This document shows, in pieces, positions 29,271-39,109 of a DNA stretch of 64,000 nucleotides (positions are counted from its first letter, which is position 1; every line of letters begins with the position of its first letter). The position numbers and the translations under genes were made by a program. The notes beneath the pieces are model-generated. The model saw only the letters and a program-made list of their open reading frames with translations, had not been told where the DNA came from and ran no database searches. Source of the DNA: Patescibacteria group bacterium (lineage in GTDB: Bacteria; Patescibacteriota; Minisyncoccia; Minisyncoccales; UBA10102); the NCBI GenBank assembly GCA_022563395.1, contig JADFNM010000001.1, forward strand, positions 83,891 to 147,890. Reading direction: 5' to 3'.

Positions 29271-31109
29271 ATGAGTAAAGAGAATAAGAAAGTTGAGTTC
29301 CCATTATTAGTATATGACGGAGATTGCACATTTTGTCGCGCATGGGTTGATTACTGGAAAAGTTTAACAGGAGATAGAGTTGCATATGCTCCTTTTCAAG
29401 AGGTAGCAGAACAGTTTCCAACAATCCCCCTCAAGGAATTTAAAAATTCGGTTCAGCTCATTACTCCAAAAGGAAAGATATACAGTGGAGCTCATGGGGT
29501 ATTTCGTACCTTGGCCTTGGGTAAGGCAGTAAAGTGGCTGCTTTTTATGTATCTTAGGGTTCCTGGTTTTGCATTCTTTTCTGAACTCTTTTACAGGATT
29601 ATTGCACGTCACCGCGGTCTTGCCTATTTTTTAACGAAAGTTTTTTGGGGAAAGCAGCTTATCCGTCCCTCATACATTCTTGTTCGGTGGCTCTTTTTTA
29701 GACTCTTCGGAGTCGTTTACCTTACTGCATTTATCTCGCTCTTCCTGCAGTTGTCGGGTCTTGTGGGGAGCAATGGCATTTTGCCTGCCAGCAATTTTTT
29801 GGAGGTACTGATAGATAATCTGGGACCCAAAGCCTTTTGGTTTTTTCCTACGGTAGCCTGGTTGAATGTAAGCGATCTATTTTTGCACCTGGTAGCCCTT
29901 GTGGGCGCAGTTTTATCACTCCTTCTTATCTTTGGGATAACCCGTACTCGTCTGTTGGCTGCCCTCTGGTTTTTGTATTTATCTCTTTTTACAGTTGGGC
30001 AGGTCTTTTTGTCATTTCAGTGGGATATTTTACTTTTGGAGGTAGGGTTCTTGGCCATACTCTTGACCCTGTCTCAAAATGTTATCTGGCTGTTTCGTTG
30101 GCTGTTGTTTAAATTTATCCTGATGTCTGGCGCAGTCAAGCTCTTAAGCGGGGATATTATCTGGAGAAATTTTACTGCCCTCAATTTTCATTATCAAACA
30201 CAACCCCTCCCAACTCCTTTTGCCTGGTATATGCACCAGCTCCCAGAATGGTTTCAAAAGTTTTCCGTTGGTTTTACGTTTTTTGTGGAACTTGGGATTG
30301 TGTTTTTGATTTTTGCACCCCGTCGCCTCAGACTCGTTGCAGCCTTTTTTATCGCAGGCAGCCAAGTCTTGATACTTTTGACCGGAAACTACACCTTCTT
30401 TAACTTCCTCACCATTATTCTTTGTGTGTTTTTACTTGACGACGCTTTTCTCAGCCGTATCTCTCCAAAGAAGTTTGCAGAAAGAATTGTCAAACGTTTT
30501 TCTCCACGAATCATACCGGGCCCCGGACAAGTTGCTTTAGCAACCATTGCCTTTGTCCTTGTGTTCTTCAGTATTCTTCAGATGACCCTCATGTTTTCTG
30601 GTTCCTTGCCAAGCTCAGCTCAAGGTATGTTGCGCATTATGCAACCTTTTCACATTGTGAATACCTATGGGCTGTTTGCAGTCATGACTACCTCAAGGCC
30701 AGAACTCATTATTGAGGGCTCCAATGATGGAGAGCACTGGCAAGAGTATGAATTCAAGTATAAACCAGGCGATCTGAGAAAACCACCTGGCTTCGTAGCT
30801 CCTCACCAGCCTCGTTTAGATTGGCAAATGTGGTTTGCGGCATTACATGCACAAAGAGCTTTGGAAAGTGGCATAGAAGAGGGGAGGTATAATCTATGGT
30901 TTGTAAACTTTATGGTTAGGCTACTGCAAGATTCTCCGCAGGTCTTAAAACTCTTGGCCAAAAACCCCTTTCCTGAATCTCCGCCACGCTATGTAAGAGC
31001 ATTGTTGTATGAGTACCAATTCACTGATTTTGATACGAAGAAGCGAGAGGGTACGTGGTGGAAAAGGGAATTGAAAGAAATATATCTTCCTTCTTTATCA
31101 TTGCAATGA
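29271..31109 (+). CDS. Lipase maturation factor family protein with N-terminal DCC1-like thiol-disulfide domain
   Basis: YDGDCTFC; FQWDILLLEVGF, HYQTQPLP, PHQPRLDWQMWFAAL. Confidence 0.9.
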   Translation: MSKENKKVEFPLLVYDGDCTFCRAWVDYWKSLTGDRVAYAPFQEVAEQFPTIPLKEFKNSVQLITPKGKIYSGAHGVFRTLALGKAVKWLLFMYLRVPGFAFFSELFYRIIARHRGLAYFLTKVFWGKQLIRPSYILVRWLFFRLFGVVYLTAFISLFLQLSGLVGSNGILPASNFLEVLIDNLGPKAFWFFPTVAWLNVSDLFLHLVALVGAVLSLLLIFGITRTRLLAALWFLYLSLFTVGQVFLSFQWDILLLEVGFLAILLTLSQNVIWLFRWLLFKFILMSGAVKLLSGDIIWRNFTALNFHYQTQPLPTPFAWYMHQLPEWFQKFSVGFTFFVELGIVFLIFAPRRLRLVAAFFIAGSQVLILLTGNYTFFNFLTIILCVFLLDDAFLSRISPKKFAERIVKRFSPRIIPGPGQVALATIAFVLVFFSILQMTLMFSGSLPSSAQGMLRIMQPFHIVNTYGLFAVMTTSRPELIIEGSNDGEHWQEYEFKYKPGDLRKPPGFVAPHQPRLDWQMWFAALHAQRALESGIEEGRYNLWFVNFMVRLLQDSPQVLKLLAKNPFPESPPRYVRALLYEYQFTDFDTKKREGTWWKRELKEIYLPSLSLQ

Positions 31110-31121
31110 TTTTCTACAAGC

Positions 31122-31172
31122 ATTTCATTAAGGTCTGCCTGCCGCAGGCAGGAAATATGCAAGGGAATCAGT
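31122..31172 (+). repeat. Truncated composite element interrupted by a short palindrome
   Basis: atttcattaagg-[tctgcctgccgcaggcagg]-aaatatgcaagggaatcagt. Confidence 0.7.
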
Positions 31173-31174
31173 AA

Positions 31175-31217
31175 AAAAAGTTATTCACATTGACGAGAAA
31201 GCTTGCAAGCATATGAT
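31175..31217 (+). promoter_or_regulatory. Direct repeat copy 2 with sigma70 promoter
   Basis: TTGACG-16-TATGAT; includes DnaA-box-like TTATTCACA. Confidence 0.6.
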
Positions 31218-31231
31218 GTAAAGAAGAGTAC

Positions 31232-31321
31232 ATGCCGGGGAGTGGTCGCCCCCTGCACCTTGATATTTCTCATCTTGAGAACATGCCAAAAAAGAAAAAA
31301 GGCAAGAAGAAAAAGAAATAA
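31232..31321 (+). CDS. Putative small Lys-rich peptide (29 aa, or 12 aa from ATG 31283)
   Basis: MPGSGRPLHLDISHLENMPKKKKGKKKKK between a promoter and a terminator. Confidence 0.4.
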   Translation: MPGSGRPLHLDISHLENMPKKKKGKKKKK

Positions 31322-31333
31322 TATTTTTCTTGG

Positions 31334-31372
31334 AACAAAAAGAGAGAGCTGCAAAGTTACTCTCTTTTTGTT
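31334..31372 (+). terminator. Intrinsic terminator-like hairpin
   Basis: aacaaaaagagag...ctctctttttgtt. Confidence 0.6.
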
Positions 31373-31382
31373 ATTATGGTGT

Positions 31383-32114
31383 ATGAGCGGTAAACTTCGT
31401 CTTGCTCTTCTCATATCTGGGGGTGGGAGTACAACGCAAGCAATTATCCGGGCCTCAAAATCAGGACAACTTGCGGTGCAGCCCGTTTGTGTAATTGCGA
31501 GCACGAATGAAGCGGGGGGAATTAAGCTGGCTCTCAAAGAAGAGATTGCGCCAAAAGACGTTCTTGTTCTCAAACCCGAGGAGTATGTTTCCCCCGAAGC
31601 ATTTGGGGAAGCAATCCTTGCTGCGTGCAGGGCACGAGGCGTAGATATCATTGGGCAATATGGCTGGATGCCAAGAACTCCAGCGAATGTGATTGCGGCT
31701 TTTTTGGGCAGGATGATAAACCAACATCCAGGGCCGCTTGATCCTGGAAGACCTGATTTCGGCGGGAGAGGAATGTTTGGAAGGCGTGTTCATGCAGCGC
31801 GTCTCTGGTTTGTGCGTAAAACCGGGCAAGACTTCTGGACGGAAGCAACAGCTCAATTGGTCGCAGAGCAGTTTGACAAGGGAGCGCTTCTAAAAACTCA
31901 ACGACTTAAGATTCTGCCCGATGATGATCCTAAACTCCTGCAAAGGCGCCTTCTTTCAGTGGAGCATGAAGTACAGATAGCAACACTCCAGGATTTTGCT
32001 CTGGGGCAGGTCAAAGTACTCTTGCCCCGTAAGTATCCTCTTGTGCCTCCCGACAAGGAATCTCTTTTGAAAGAGGCAAAACAGATTGCATGCGCCCGCT
32101 TCCCGCATGGATAG
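31383..32114 (+). CDS. purN: PurN-like formyltransferase
   Basis: LISGGGST, INQHPGPL, FGGRGMFG, FDKG. Confidence 0.7.
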   Translation: MSGKLRLALLISGGGSTTQAIIRASKSGQLAVQPVCVIASTNEAGGIKLALKEEIAPKDVLVLKPEEYVSPEAFGEAILAACRARGVDIIGQYGWMPRTPANVIAAFLGRMINQHPGPLDPGRPDFGGRGMFGRRVHAARLWFVRKTGQDFWTEATAQLVAEQFDKGALLKTQRLKILPDDDPKLLQRRLLSVEHEVQIATLQDFALGQVKVLLPRKYPLVPPDKESLLKEAKQIACARFPHG

Positions 32115-32159
32115 TAGAAGAAGTGACAGCGGGTGCGTTTTATGGCATAATCAAAAACC

Positions 32160-33215
32160 ATGAACAGAAAGAAAAAGAAAGTATTTGTTGCAATGTCGGG
32201 CGGTGTGGATAGTTCGGTCGCTGCGGCTCTCTTGAAAAGAGCCGGTTTTAATGTTGTTGGAATATATATGAAGTGCTGGGTAGAAGGCTTAGCCTGTACG
32301 ACACAGGAAGACGAGCGCTCAGCAAGATTGGCTGCCCAGCATCTTGGTATTTCCTTTTATGTTTGGAACTTTATTGACCAATATAAAGAAAAAGTGGTGG
32401 AGTACATGCTCAAAGGATATGAGGCAGGAGTTACCCCCAACCCGGATATTATGTGCAACCGAGAAATCAAGTTTGGCCTGTTTTTCAAAAAGACAATGGA
32501 GCTGGGAGCAGACCATGTTGCTACCGGACACTACGTGAGGGTAAAGAAAAAGAATACAGGATATGCTCTACTGAAAGGGAAGGATTCAGACAAAGATCAG
32601 TCATACTTTTTGGCCATGATAAGCCCCAAGGTATTAGAAAAGACCTTGTTTCCTATCGGTGAATACACAAAGACCCAGGTACGGGCTTTTGCAAGAAAGA
32701 TTGGACTCCCCAATGCAGAGCGCAAAGATAGTCAGGGTATATGTTTTGTGGGAAAGGTAGAGATTGGGGATTTTTTGCGTTTGCACATCCCGCAAAAAGC
32801 AGGTGTCATTGTTTCTTCTTCTGGTGAGGTCTTGGGAGAGCATGACGGCGCCCATTATTATACCTTAGGACAGCGACAGGGTCTTGGATTGGCTGGTGGG
32901 CCTTACTATGTTGCGAAAAAGGATATTGAAACCAATACCCTACAGGTAACGAGGGAAGAACAGGATATTATGACATCCGAGCTTTTGGTAAAGAATGTGA
33001 ACTGGTTTTTGCCTCTCAAGGAAAAGACTGGTATTTCGGCGAAGTTTCGTTATCGACAAGAGGATGTTTTTGTAACCATTGAAGAACTCAAAGATGGTTC
33101 AATTCGAGTAATCCCAGAAGTTCCCCAGCGAGCCATTACTCCGGGGCAATTTGCGGTGTTTTACCATGGAGAGGAGCTTTTAGGCGGTGGAGTTATCTTT
33201 ACCGAAGTGATATAG
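32160..33215 (+). CDS. mnmA: tRNA 2-thiouridylase
   Basis: AMSGGVDS, TPNPDIMCN, KDQSYFL, DSQGICF, ITPGQ. Confidence 0.96.
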   Translation: MNRKKKKVFVAMSGGVDSSVAAALLKRAGFNVVGIYMKCWVEGLACTTQEDERSARLAAQHLGISFYVWNFIDQYKEKVVEYMLKGYEAGVTPNPDIMCNREIKFGLFFKKTMELGADHVATGHYVRVKKKNTGYALLKGKDSDKDQSYFLAMISPKVLEKTLFPIGEYTKTQVRAFARKIGLPNAERKDSQGICFVGKVEIGDFLRLHIPQKAGVIVSSSGEVLGEHDGAHYYTLGQRQGLGLAGGPYYVAKKDIETNTLQVTREEQDIMTSELLVKNVNWFLPLKEKTGISAKFRYRQEDVFVTIEELKDGSIRVIPEVPQRAITPGQFAVFYHGEELLGGGVIFTEVI

Positions 33216-33223
33216 TTTGCCAT

Positions 33224-35044
33224 ATGGGGGCAAACGAGATACGAGAAAAGTATCTGAACTTTTTTAAAGAGCGGGGGCACAGCATTATTCCCTCTTCTTC
33301 TTTAGTTCCAGAAAATGATCCCACCACCTTGTTTGTGGGTTCTGGCATGCAGCCGCTGATTCCCTACCTTTTGGGCGTAAAGCACCCCATGGGCTCTCGT
33401 CTGGTAAACTCACAAAAGAGTTTTCGGGCAGAAGACATAGAAGAGGTGGGCGACAATCGCCACACCACTTTTTTTGAGATGCTCGGGAACTGGTCGCTGG
33501 GCGACTATTTTAAGGAAGAACAGCTTTCTTGGTTTTTCTCTTTTTTAACAGATGAGATGGGCTTGGACCCTCAAAAACTCTACGTCACCGTGTTTTCTGG
33601 AGACACAGAGAACAATATTCCCAAAGACGAGGAGTCCATTGCCATTTTAAAACGCCTATTTCAAGAAAGGGGGATTGAGGCAAAGGAGGGGGAGCGCATC
33701 TTTGCCTATGGGGTCGAAAAAAACTGGTGGAGCAGATCAGGAATCCCTTCCAATATGCCAGTAGGTGAGCCGGGAGGCCCTGATTCTGAGGTTTTTTACG
33801 ACTTTGGCACTCCACATGATATAAGGTATGGCGAAAAGTGTCATCCAAACTGCGACTGTGGAAGGTTCCTTGAAATAGGGAACTCCGTATTTATGGAATA
33901 CAAAAAGAAGGACGACGGGAGTTTTGAAAAACTCAAACAGCGCAACGTAGACTTTGGCGGGGGATTGGAAAGGATTACGGCTGCAGTGAACAATGAGCCA
34001 GATGTATTCAAGGGAGATCTACTATTTCCTCTCATTCAAAAAGCAGCAGAGCTTTCTGGCAGGAGCTACGAGAAACACGTCAATTCTTTTCGCGTCATTG
34101 CAGATCATGTGAGAGGAGCTGCCTTTATGATTGGAGATGGCGTTATTCCTTCTAATACAGAGCGCGGATATATTGTTAGAAGATTGCTTCGCCGTGCAGT
34201 GCGCCACGCTGATTTAATAGGAATGGAAGAGGGAAATCTGGCCCTGTTCGTCGATCCTTTACTTGCCGCATATCAAAAAGTATACCCCGAGGTTGCAGAA
34301 CGCAGAGAAGAGATTGTGCAGCATATCCAAGAAGAGGAAAAGAGGTTTCGCATCACTCTTCAAAATGGATTGAAGGAATTTGAGAAACTTTCTGGAAACA
34401 ATATTTCTGGCAAGGAGGCTTTTGACCTCTATCAGACCTATGGATTTCCTCTCGACGTTACCCTAGAGCTTGCAAGGGAAAAAGGAGTTACGGTAGATAC
34501 TACAAGTTTTGAGCAAGAGTTTTTAAAGCATCAAGAAGTTTCCCGGACTGCAGCAGCAGGAAGGTTTAAAGGAGGTCTTGCTGATACCTCCTATGAAACA
34601 ACAAAACTTCATACCACAAACCATTTATTGCTTGCGGCTCTCCGCAAAGTACTTGGGCAAAACGTGCACCAGCGGGGAAGCAACATTACGGCAGAACGCA
34701 TCCGCCTGGATTTCTCTCATGGGCAAAAGATGACTCCAGAGGAGATACAACAGGTTGAGGATTTGACGAATGAAAAAATTCAAGAGGGTCTGGATATGGT
34801 CAGAAAAGAAATGTCAAAAGAGGAAGCAGTAAAATTGGGGGCCGAAATGGAGTTTGGGATAAAGTATGGAGATGTGGTGTCTGTGTATGTCGCACAAGAT
34901 AAAAAAGGGAATGTATTTTCCAAAGAGTTTTGTGGTGGGCCCCATGTGAAAAGTACCTCAGAGCTCGGCAAGTTTAGAGTTGTGAAGGAAGAGGCAGTCT
35001 CTGCTGGCGTGCGCCGCATCCGCGCAGTATTAGAACCTAAATGA
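33224..35044 (+). CDS. alaS: Alanine-tRNA ligase (short form, no C-Ala domain)
   Basis: HTTFFEMLGNWS, DFGGGLER, HTTNH and CGGPH editing motifs. Confidence 0.95.
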   Translation: MGANEIREKYLNFFKERGHSIIPSSSLVPENDPTTLFVGSGMQPLIPYLLGVKHPMGSRLVNSQKSFRAEDIEEVGDNRHTTFFEMLGNWSLGDYFKEEQLSWFFSFLTDEMGLDPQKLYVTVFSGDTENNIPKDEESIAILKRLFQERGIEAKEGERIFAYGVEKNWWSRSGIPSNMPVGEPGGPDSEVFYDFGTPHDIRYGEKCHPNCDCGRFLEIGNSVFMEYKKKDDGSFEKLKQRNVDFGGGLERITAAVNNEPDVFKGDLLFPLIQKAAELSGRSYEKHVNSFRVIADHVRGAAFMIGDGVIPSNTERGYIVRRLLRRAVRHADLIGMEEGNLALFVDPLLAAYQKVYPEVAERREEIVQHIQEEEKRFRITLQNGLKEFEKLSGNNISGKEAFDLYQTYGFPLDVTLELAREKGVTVDTTSFEQEFLKHQEVSRTAAAGRFKGGLADTSYETTKLHTTNHLLLAALRKVLGQNVHQRGSNITAERIRLDFSHGQKMTPEEIQQVEDLTNEKIQEGLDMVRKEMSKEEAVKLGAEMEFGIKYGDVVSVYVAQDKKGNVFSKEFCGGPHVKSTSELGKFRVVKEEAVSAGVRRIRAVLEPK

Positions 35045-35130
35045 AATTAAGGAATCCTTAATTTCATTTAGGAGATATGTGGAGAACCAGTAGCTCCTAA
35101 ACGAGATTTAAGCAAACCAAAGAATCGCTA
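35036..35130 (+). repeat. Composite element overlapping the alaS stop codon
   Basis: Boxes at 35036, 35056, 35096; tail caaaccaaagaatcgcta truncated. Confidence 0.92.
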
Positions 35131-35183
35131 GAGGGATGGTGATTACTATTGATGAATTTCTCGATTTACTCTAGAATAGGACT

Positions 35184-36437
35184 ATGGCAAATTGGAAGAT
35201 TCAAGATATTGCCCCCCCCAAAAAGCTCAAAAAAAGGGCAGAGGAACTTTTTGATAATGAAGAACCAAAGGCGCGTAATACGCGTGAAAGAAGGCACTTG
35301 CCAGTCTGGATACTAAAGGGAGTCCTGCCGCTTTTTGTGCTCTTGGTATTTTCCTTTGGAGCCGTACACTTTTTCTTTACTACAGCTAAGGTTACCTTAT
35401 GGCCGGAAACCAGACAGATAAAGATTTTGGAACCCATTGTAGCTGAGGTGGGAAGGGAACAATTGAACAAAGAAGAGCGCATCATTCCTGCTCGCACACT
35501 GACAGAGGAGAAAAAAGCAACGCGACTGTTTCCAGCTTCCAGCAACACCATAAAGGTGAATCGCTCGTCTGGAACCATTCGGGTGTTTAACGCATACACG
35601 ACCTCTCCCTATACTTTAATCGCAAAGACCCGTTTTATATCAGAAGAGGGAAAGCTCTTTCGTACTCTCGTGCGGATTACCATACCTGGGTCTACTAACG
35701 AGGGGCCGGGATTTATCGACATTGAAGTGGTGGCAGGAGAATCCGGAGAAGAGTATAATGTTGGACCCTCAAACTTTTCAGTACCAGGGCTTTCGGGTTC
35801 CGCCGCGTTCACTGCAATCTATGCTGAATCTACAGAGTCTATGACCGGGGGGTCAGAACGTGAGGTGTCCGTTGTTTCAGAGGACGATATTGAAAAAGCA
35901 AAGCAATCTTTGATTGAAGAGCTGAAGCTAAAGGCAACCCAAGATTTACTCTCTCGCGTCCCAGGGCATATGATGGCAACCAAAGACTCAGTTTTAGTTG
36001 AGGTGACGGAAGCTGATTCCCTGGTGCAAGCTGGAGCCGAGTTAGATCAGTTCAACGTAAGTGTTTCTTTGACTGCCACTGCATACCTATTTTCGAGAGC
36101 TGATCTGGATATTCTGGTGAACGATTTTCTTTTGCATGCGCTCCAAGACGGAGAGCGCATTGCGGAGGATAAAACCGTAACCTACTTTGAGCAGATTACA
36201 GTGGATAAAGATGCGAATACAGCTGCTTTGGAGCTTGGCGTTACAGCTACAACATATCAGTATGTAGACCCAACAGAGCTTAAAATCAAGCTCAGGGGAA
36301 AGTCAAAGGATGAGGCAGAAAGTATTCTTGCGACCTACAGTGTCTTTCGCCAGACAGACCTTTCCCTATGGCCTTTTTGGATTTCCTCCTTGCCTGGCGG
36401 CGTGGATAAGCTTGAAATTCAGGTGATTGTTGACTAA
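35184..36437 (+). CDS. Single-TM hypothetical protein, baseplate-J-like periplasmic region
   Basis: One TM; GTIRVFN, TRFISEEG, AGESGEEYNVG, MTGGS motifs recalled from CPR baseplate-J-like proteins. Confidence 0.55.
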   Translation: MANWKIQDIAPPKKLKKRAEELFDNEEPKARNTRERRHLPVWILKGVLPLFVLLVFSFGAVHFFFTTAKVTLWPETRQIKILEPIVAEVGREQLNKEERIIPARTLTEEKKATRLFPASSNTIKVNRSSGTIRVFNAYTTSPYTLIAKTRFISEEGKLFRTLVRITIPGSTNEGPGFIDIEVVAGESGEEYNVGPSNFSVPGLSGSAAFTAIYAESTESMTGGSEREVSVVSEDDIEKAKQSLIEELKLKATQDLLSRVPGHMMATKDSVLVEVTEADSLVQAGAELDQFNVSVSLTATAYLFSRADLDILVNDFLLHALQDGERIAEDKTVTYFEQITVDKDANTAALELGVTATTYQYVDPTELKIKLRGKSKDEAESILATYSVFRQTDLSLWPFWISSLPGGVDKLEIQVIVD

Positions 36438-36458
36438 TAGAACTTACTTTGGTATACT
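36430..36458 (+). promoter_or_regulatory. sigma70 promoter of infA/alpha block
   Basis: TTGACT-17-TATACT. Confidence 0.7.
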
Positions 36459-36477
36459 CTAAACCGCAATTTCACGC

Positions 36478-36702
36478 ATGAAGAACGATAAACAGGACGA
36501 GCTTGTAATGCAGGGTGAGGTGTTGGAAACCCTTCCAAGTTTAAAGTTTAAGGTGCGCTTGGAGGATGGAAGCGAGGTATTAGCATATCTTGCAGGAAAA
36601 CTCAGGAAATTCAGGATCCGCATTTTGGCGGGCGATAAGGTTTCTGTTGAAATGAGCCCGTATGATGCCACCAAGGGGAGGATAGTCTATCGAAATAAAT
36701 AG
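36478..36702 (+). CDS. infA: Translation initiation factor IF-1
   Basis: [22 protein letters not shown]. Confidence 0.96.
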   Translation: MKNDKQDELVMQGEVLETLPSLKFKVRLEDGSEVLAYLAGKLRKFRIRILAGDKVSVEMSPYDATKGRIVYRNK

Positions 36703-36703
36703 T

Positions 36704-36820
36704 ATGAAAGTCCGCTCAACCCTCAAAAAGATTTGCAAGGATTGCAAGATTGTAAAGCGGCAAAGAAAGCTGTATGTCATTTGCAAAACGAATCCAAAGC
36801 ATAAGCAACGCCAGGGGTGA
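36704..36820 (+). CDS. rpmJ: 50S ribosomal protein L36 (not in ORF track)
   Basis: [38 protein letters not shown]. Confidence 0.96.
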   Translation: MKVRSTLKKICKDCKIVKRQRKLYVICKTNPKHKQRQG

Positions 36821-36932
36821 AAACTCGACTGCTCGAGTTTTCACGGCTTCGCCCGGCGAGCGATGTTCCTAGAGGAACCCGCGAGACGTAGAGGCGAAGA
36901 CCGGGCTTTTAATAAGTTTTTCATTTTTCATC

Positions 36933-37322
36933 ATGCCACGACTTGCCGGAGTAAACATTCCAGACAAAAAGCAAATTAAGGTAGCCTTAACCTATATTTA
37001 TGGCATTGGTGAGGCTGCCAGCGTGAAGATTTTACAGCAAGCAAAGATCAACCCTCAAAAAGAGGCAGGAGAGTTAAAGACCGAAGAACTGAGCATACTG
37101 CGTGATATTATTGAAAAAGGATTTAAGATTGAAGGGAGTTTGCGACGTGAAGTGATGCTGAATATAAAGCGTTTAAGAGACATTGGATCTTGGAGAGGAT
37201 TGCGCCACCAAAAGCGGCTTCCGGTTCGGGGACAGCGCACCAGCACAAACACCAGGACCGTTCGTGGAAATGTGACAAAGACCGTAGGGTCTGGAAAGAA
37301 ACCAGCAGCATCTCCGACATAA
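36933..37322 (+). CDS. rpsM: 30S ribosomal protein S13
   Basis: IYGIG, LPVRGQRT. Confidence 0.97.
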   Translation: MPRLAGVNIPDKKQIKVALTYIYGIGEAASVKILQQAKINPQKEAGELKTEELSILRDIIEKGFKIEGSLRREVMLNIKRLRDIGSWRGLRHQKRLPVRGQRTSTNTRTVRGNVTKTVGSGKKPAASPT

Positions 37323-37326
37323 TCTC

Positions 37327-37758
37327 ATGGGAAAGAAACGAGTCATTAAAAAAGGAGAGGGCGCGGTAGTTACAACCACCTTTACCCCAAAAGCACTAAC
37401 CAAGGGACGAAGCTTTCAAGATGGCAGGGTAAGTATTTATTCTTCCTATAACAACACCATACTTTCTTTGGCTGACACACAAGGTAATGTTGTGTTTACC
37501 ACGTCAGCTGGCGCAGTTGGGTTTAAGGGAACCAAAAAGTCCACACCCTATGCCGCTTCCAAAGTGGCAGAAACCCTAGCAGATGTTGCAAAGGCACGAG
37601 GCGTGGAACGCATTGCAATTACCTTGCGGGGGATTGGACCCGGCAGGGAATCTGCCTTAAGGTCTCTTGGGACAAAGGGTTTTGTGATTCAATCCATTCG
37701 AGACTTAACTCCAGTACCCCACAACGGTCCACGAAAAAGAAAAGTAAGACGCGTCTAG
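37327..37758 (+). CDS. rpsK: 30S ribosomal protein S11
   Basis: [22 protein letters not shown]. Confidence 0.97.
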   Translation: MGKKRVIKKGEGAVVTTTFTPKALTKGRSFQDGRVSIYSSYNNTILSLADTQGNVVFTTSAGAVGFKGTKKSTPYAASKVAETLADVAKARGVERIAITLRGIGPGRESALRSLGTKGFVIQSIRDLTPVPHNGPRKRKVRRV

Positions 37759-37759
37759 T

Positions 37760-38284
37760 ATGCAAAAGGGAATAATGAGAAAACGACGGCCAAAGCCGCT
37801 GTCTGAATACGGAAGACAACTACAGGAAAAGCAGGATTTGAAAGGTCAGTATAACCTCAGAGAAAAGCAATTCAAGCGCTATGTGAAAGAGGTGTTGGGC
37901 ATGAAAGCCCATGGCGATTCTCCAGAGTTGTTTTTGCAAAAGCTAGAGCGCCGACTCGACAATGTGGTGTTTCGCTCCGGACTAGCTTCTACCAGAAAGC
38001 AGGCTCGCCAGATGGTTTCCCATGGTCATTTCTTGGTGAACGGCAGAAAGGTGGATGTCCCTTCCTTTGCGGTAAAAAAGGGCGACAGTATTTCTGTTCG
38101 TCCTTCCTCGCTGCAGCGAACCCTGTTCAAAAATGCGCTGCTGGGATTAAAAAAGTATGAAGCTCCTTCTTGGATACTGCTAGACAAAGAAAAACCAGAG
38201 ATTATCATTCAACAACTTCCCTCGCTTGCTGAAGTTGCACCCTCGGTCGAGATTCCATTAATATTTGAGTTTTACTCAAGATAA
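37760..38284 (+). CDS. rpsD: 30S ribosomal protein S4 (short N-terminus)
   Basis: [27 protein letters not shown]. Confidence 0.96.
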   Translation: MQKGIMRKRRPKPLSEYGRQLQEKQDLKGQYNLREKQFKRYVKEVLGMKAHGDSPELFLQKLERRLDNVVFRSGLASTRKQARQMVSHGHFLVNGRKVDVPSFAVKKGDSISVRPSSLQRTLFKNALLGLKKYEAPSWILLDKEKPEIIIQQLPSLAEVAPSVEIPLIFEFYSR

Positions 38285-38286
38285 GT

Positions 38287-39108
38287 ATGATTCCACTTTC
38301 CAAATCAACGAAGATTGTGTCGAACAAGGGGAATAAAGGCGTCTTTGAGATTGAGGCCCTGTATCCTGGATACGGGGCTACCATAGGCAACAGCTTACGG
38401 CGAGTTCTTCTCTCTTCCTTAGAAGGTGCTGCGGTTACGAATGCTAAGATAAAGGGAGCTTCTCATGAGTTTACAACGCTCCCTGGTCTTAAGGAAGATG
38501 TCTTGGGTGTTTTGCTGAGCCTAAAACAGATTCGTTTTCGAGTATTTGGAGATGGTCCGTTTTCTGCAACACTGAAAGTAAAGGGAGCACGAGAAGTAAA
38601 AGCTGGTGATTTTAAGACCCCAAGTCAGGTTGAAATTATGAACAAAGATCTGGTAATAGCCCACTTGACCGCGAGTGGAGCTGAACTGGAGATTGAGGTT
38701 CGGATTGGGAAAGGTGTGGGGTATGAGACAGCGGAAAGCCGCCGCAGGGAAAAGGAAGAAATAGGAACCATTTCTTTGGATGCCATTTACACTCCGGTAA
38801 GAAAGGTAAGCTATCGAGTAGAGCAGATGCGTGTTGGAGATCGAACCGACTTTGATCGCCTTATCCTAGAGGTTGAAACTGACGGAACATTGAATCCAGA
38901 AACTGCCCTCAAAGAGGCTTCCGCTATTTTAGCGAGACAGTTTGAGATTACAGGAGAGGGGTTGAAAGAAGAGGAGGTAATGTCAGTGGCATCAAGCACA
39001 GTAAAGCCGAAGAAGAAAAGGGCTATAAAGAAGCCCGCTACAACGAAAGTCGCCTCAGCGGTACCTCGCAAAAAAGCCGGGAAAGCTGCCGCGGGAAAGA
39101 AAAAGTAG
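38287..39108 (+). CDS. rpoA: RNA polymerase subunit alpha, no recognisable alpha-CTD
   Basis: GYGATIGNSLRRVLLSS, DAIYTPV, RVGDRTDFD; then a Lys/Ala-rich tail. Confidence 0.95.
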   Translation: MIPLSKSTKIVSNKGNKGVFEIEALYPGYGATIGNSLRRVLLSSLEGAAVTNAKIKGASHEFTTLPGLKEDVLGVLLSLKQIRFRVFGDGPFSATLKVKGAREVKAGDFKTPSQVEIMNKDLVIAHLTASGAELEIEVRIGKGVGYETAESRRREKEEIGTISLDAIYTPVRKVSYRVEQMRVGDRTDFDRLILEVETDGTLNPETALKEASAILARQFEITGEGLKEEEVMSVASSTVKPKKKRAIKKPATTKVASAVPRKKAGKAAAGKKK

Positions 39109-39109
39109 T

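Noticed and set aside
31203..31382. N-terminal extensions in the ORF track (purN, also rpsG, rpsS, rpsN, rpsH, proS, thyA, pyrF)
   Set aside because: They run through promoters, terminators or upstream genes; downstream ATGs match family N-termini.
35184..36437. Prophage or contractile injection system from the baseplate-J-like gene
   Set aside because: Single TM-anchored gene with no other phage or tail genes nearby.
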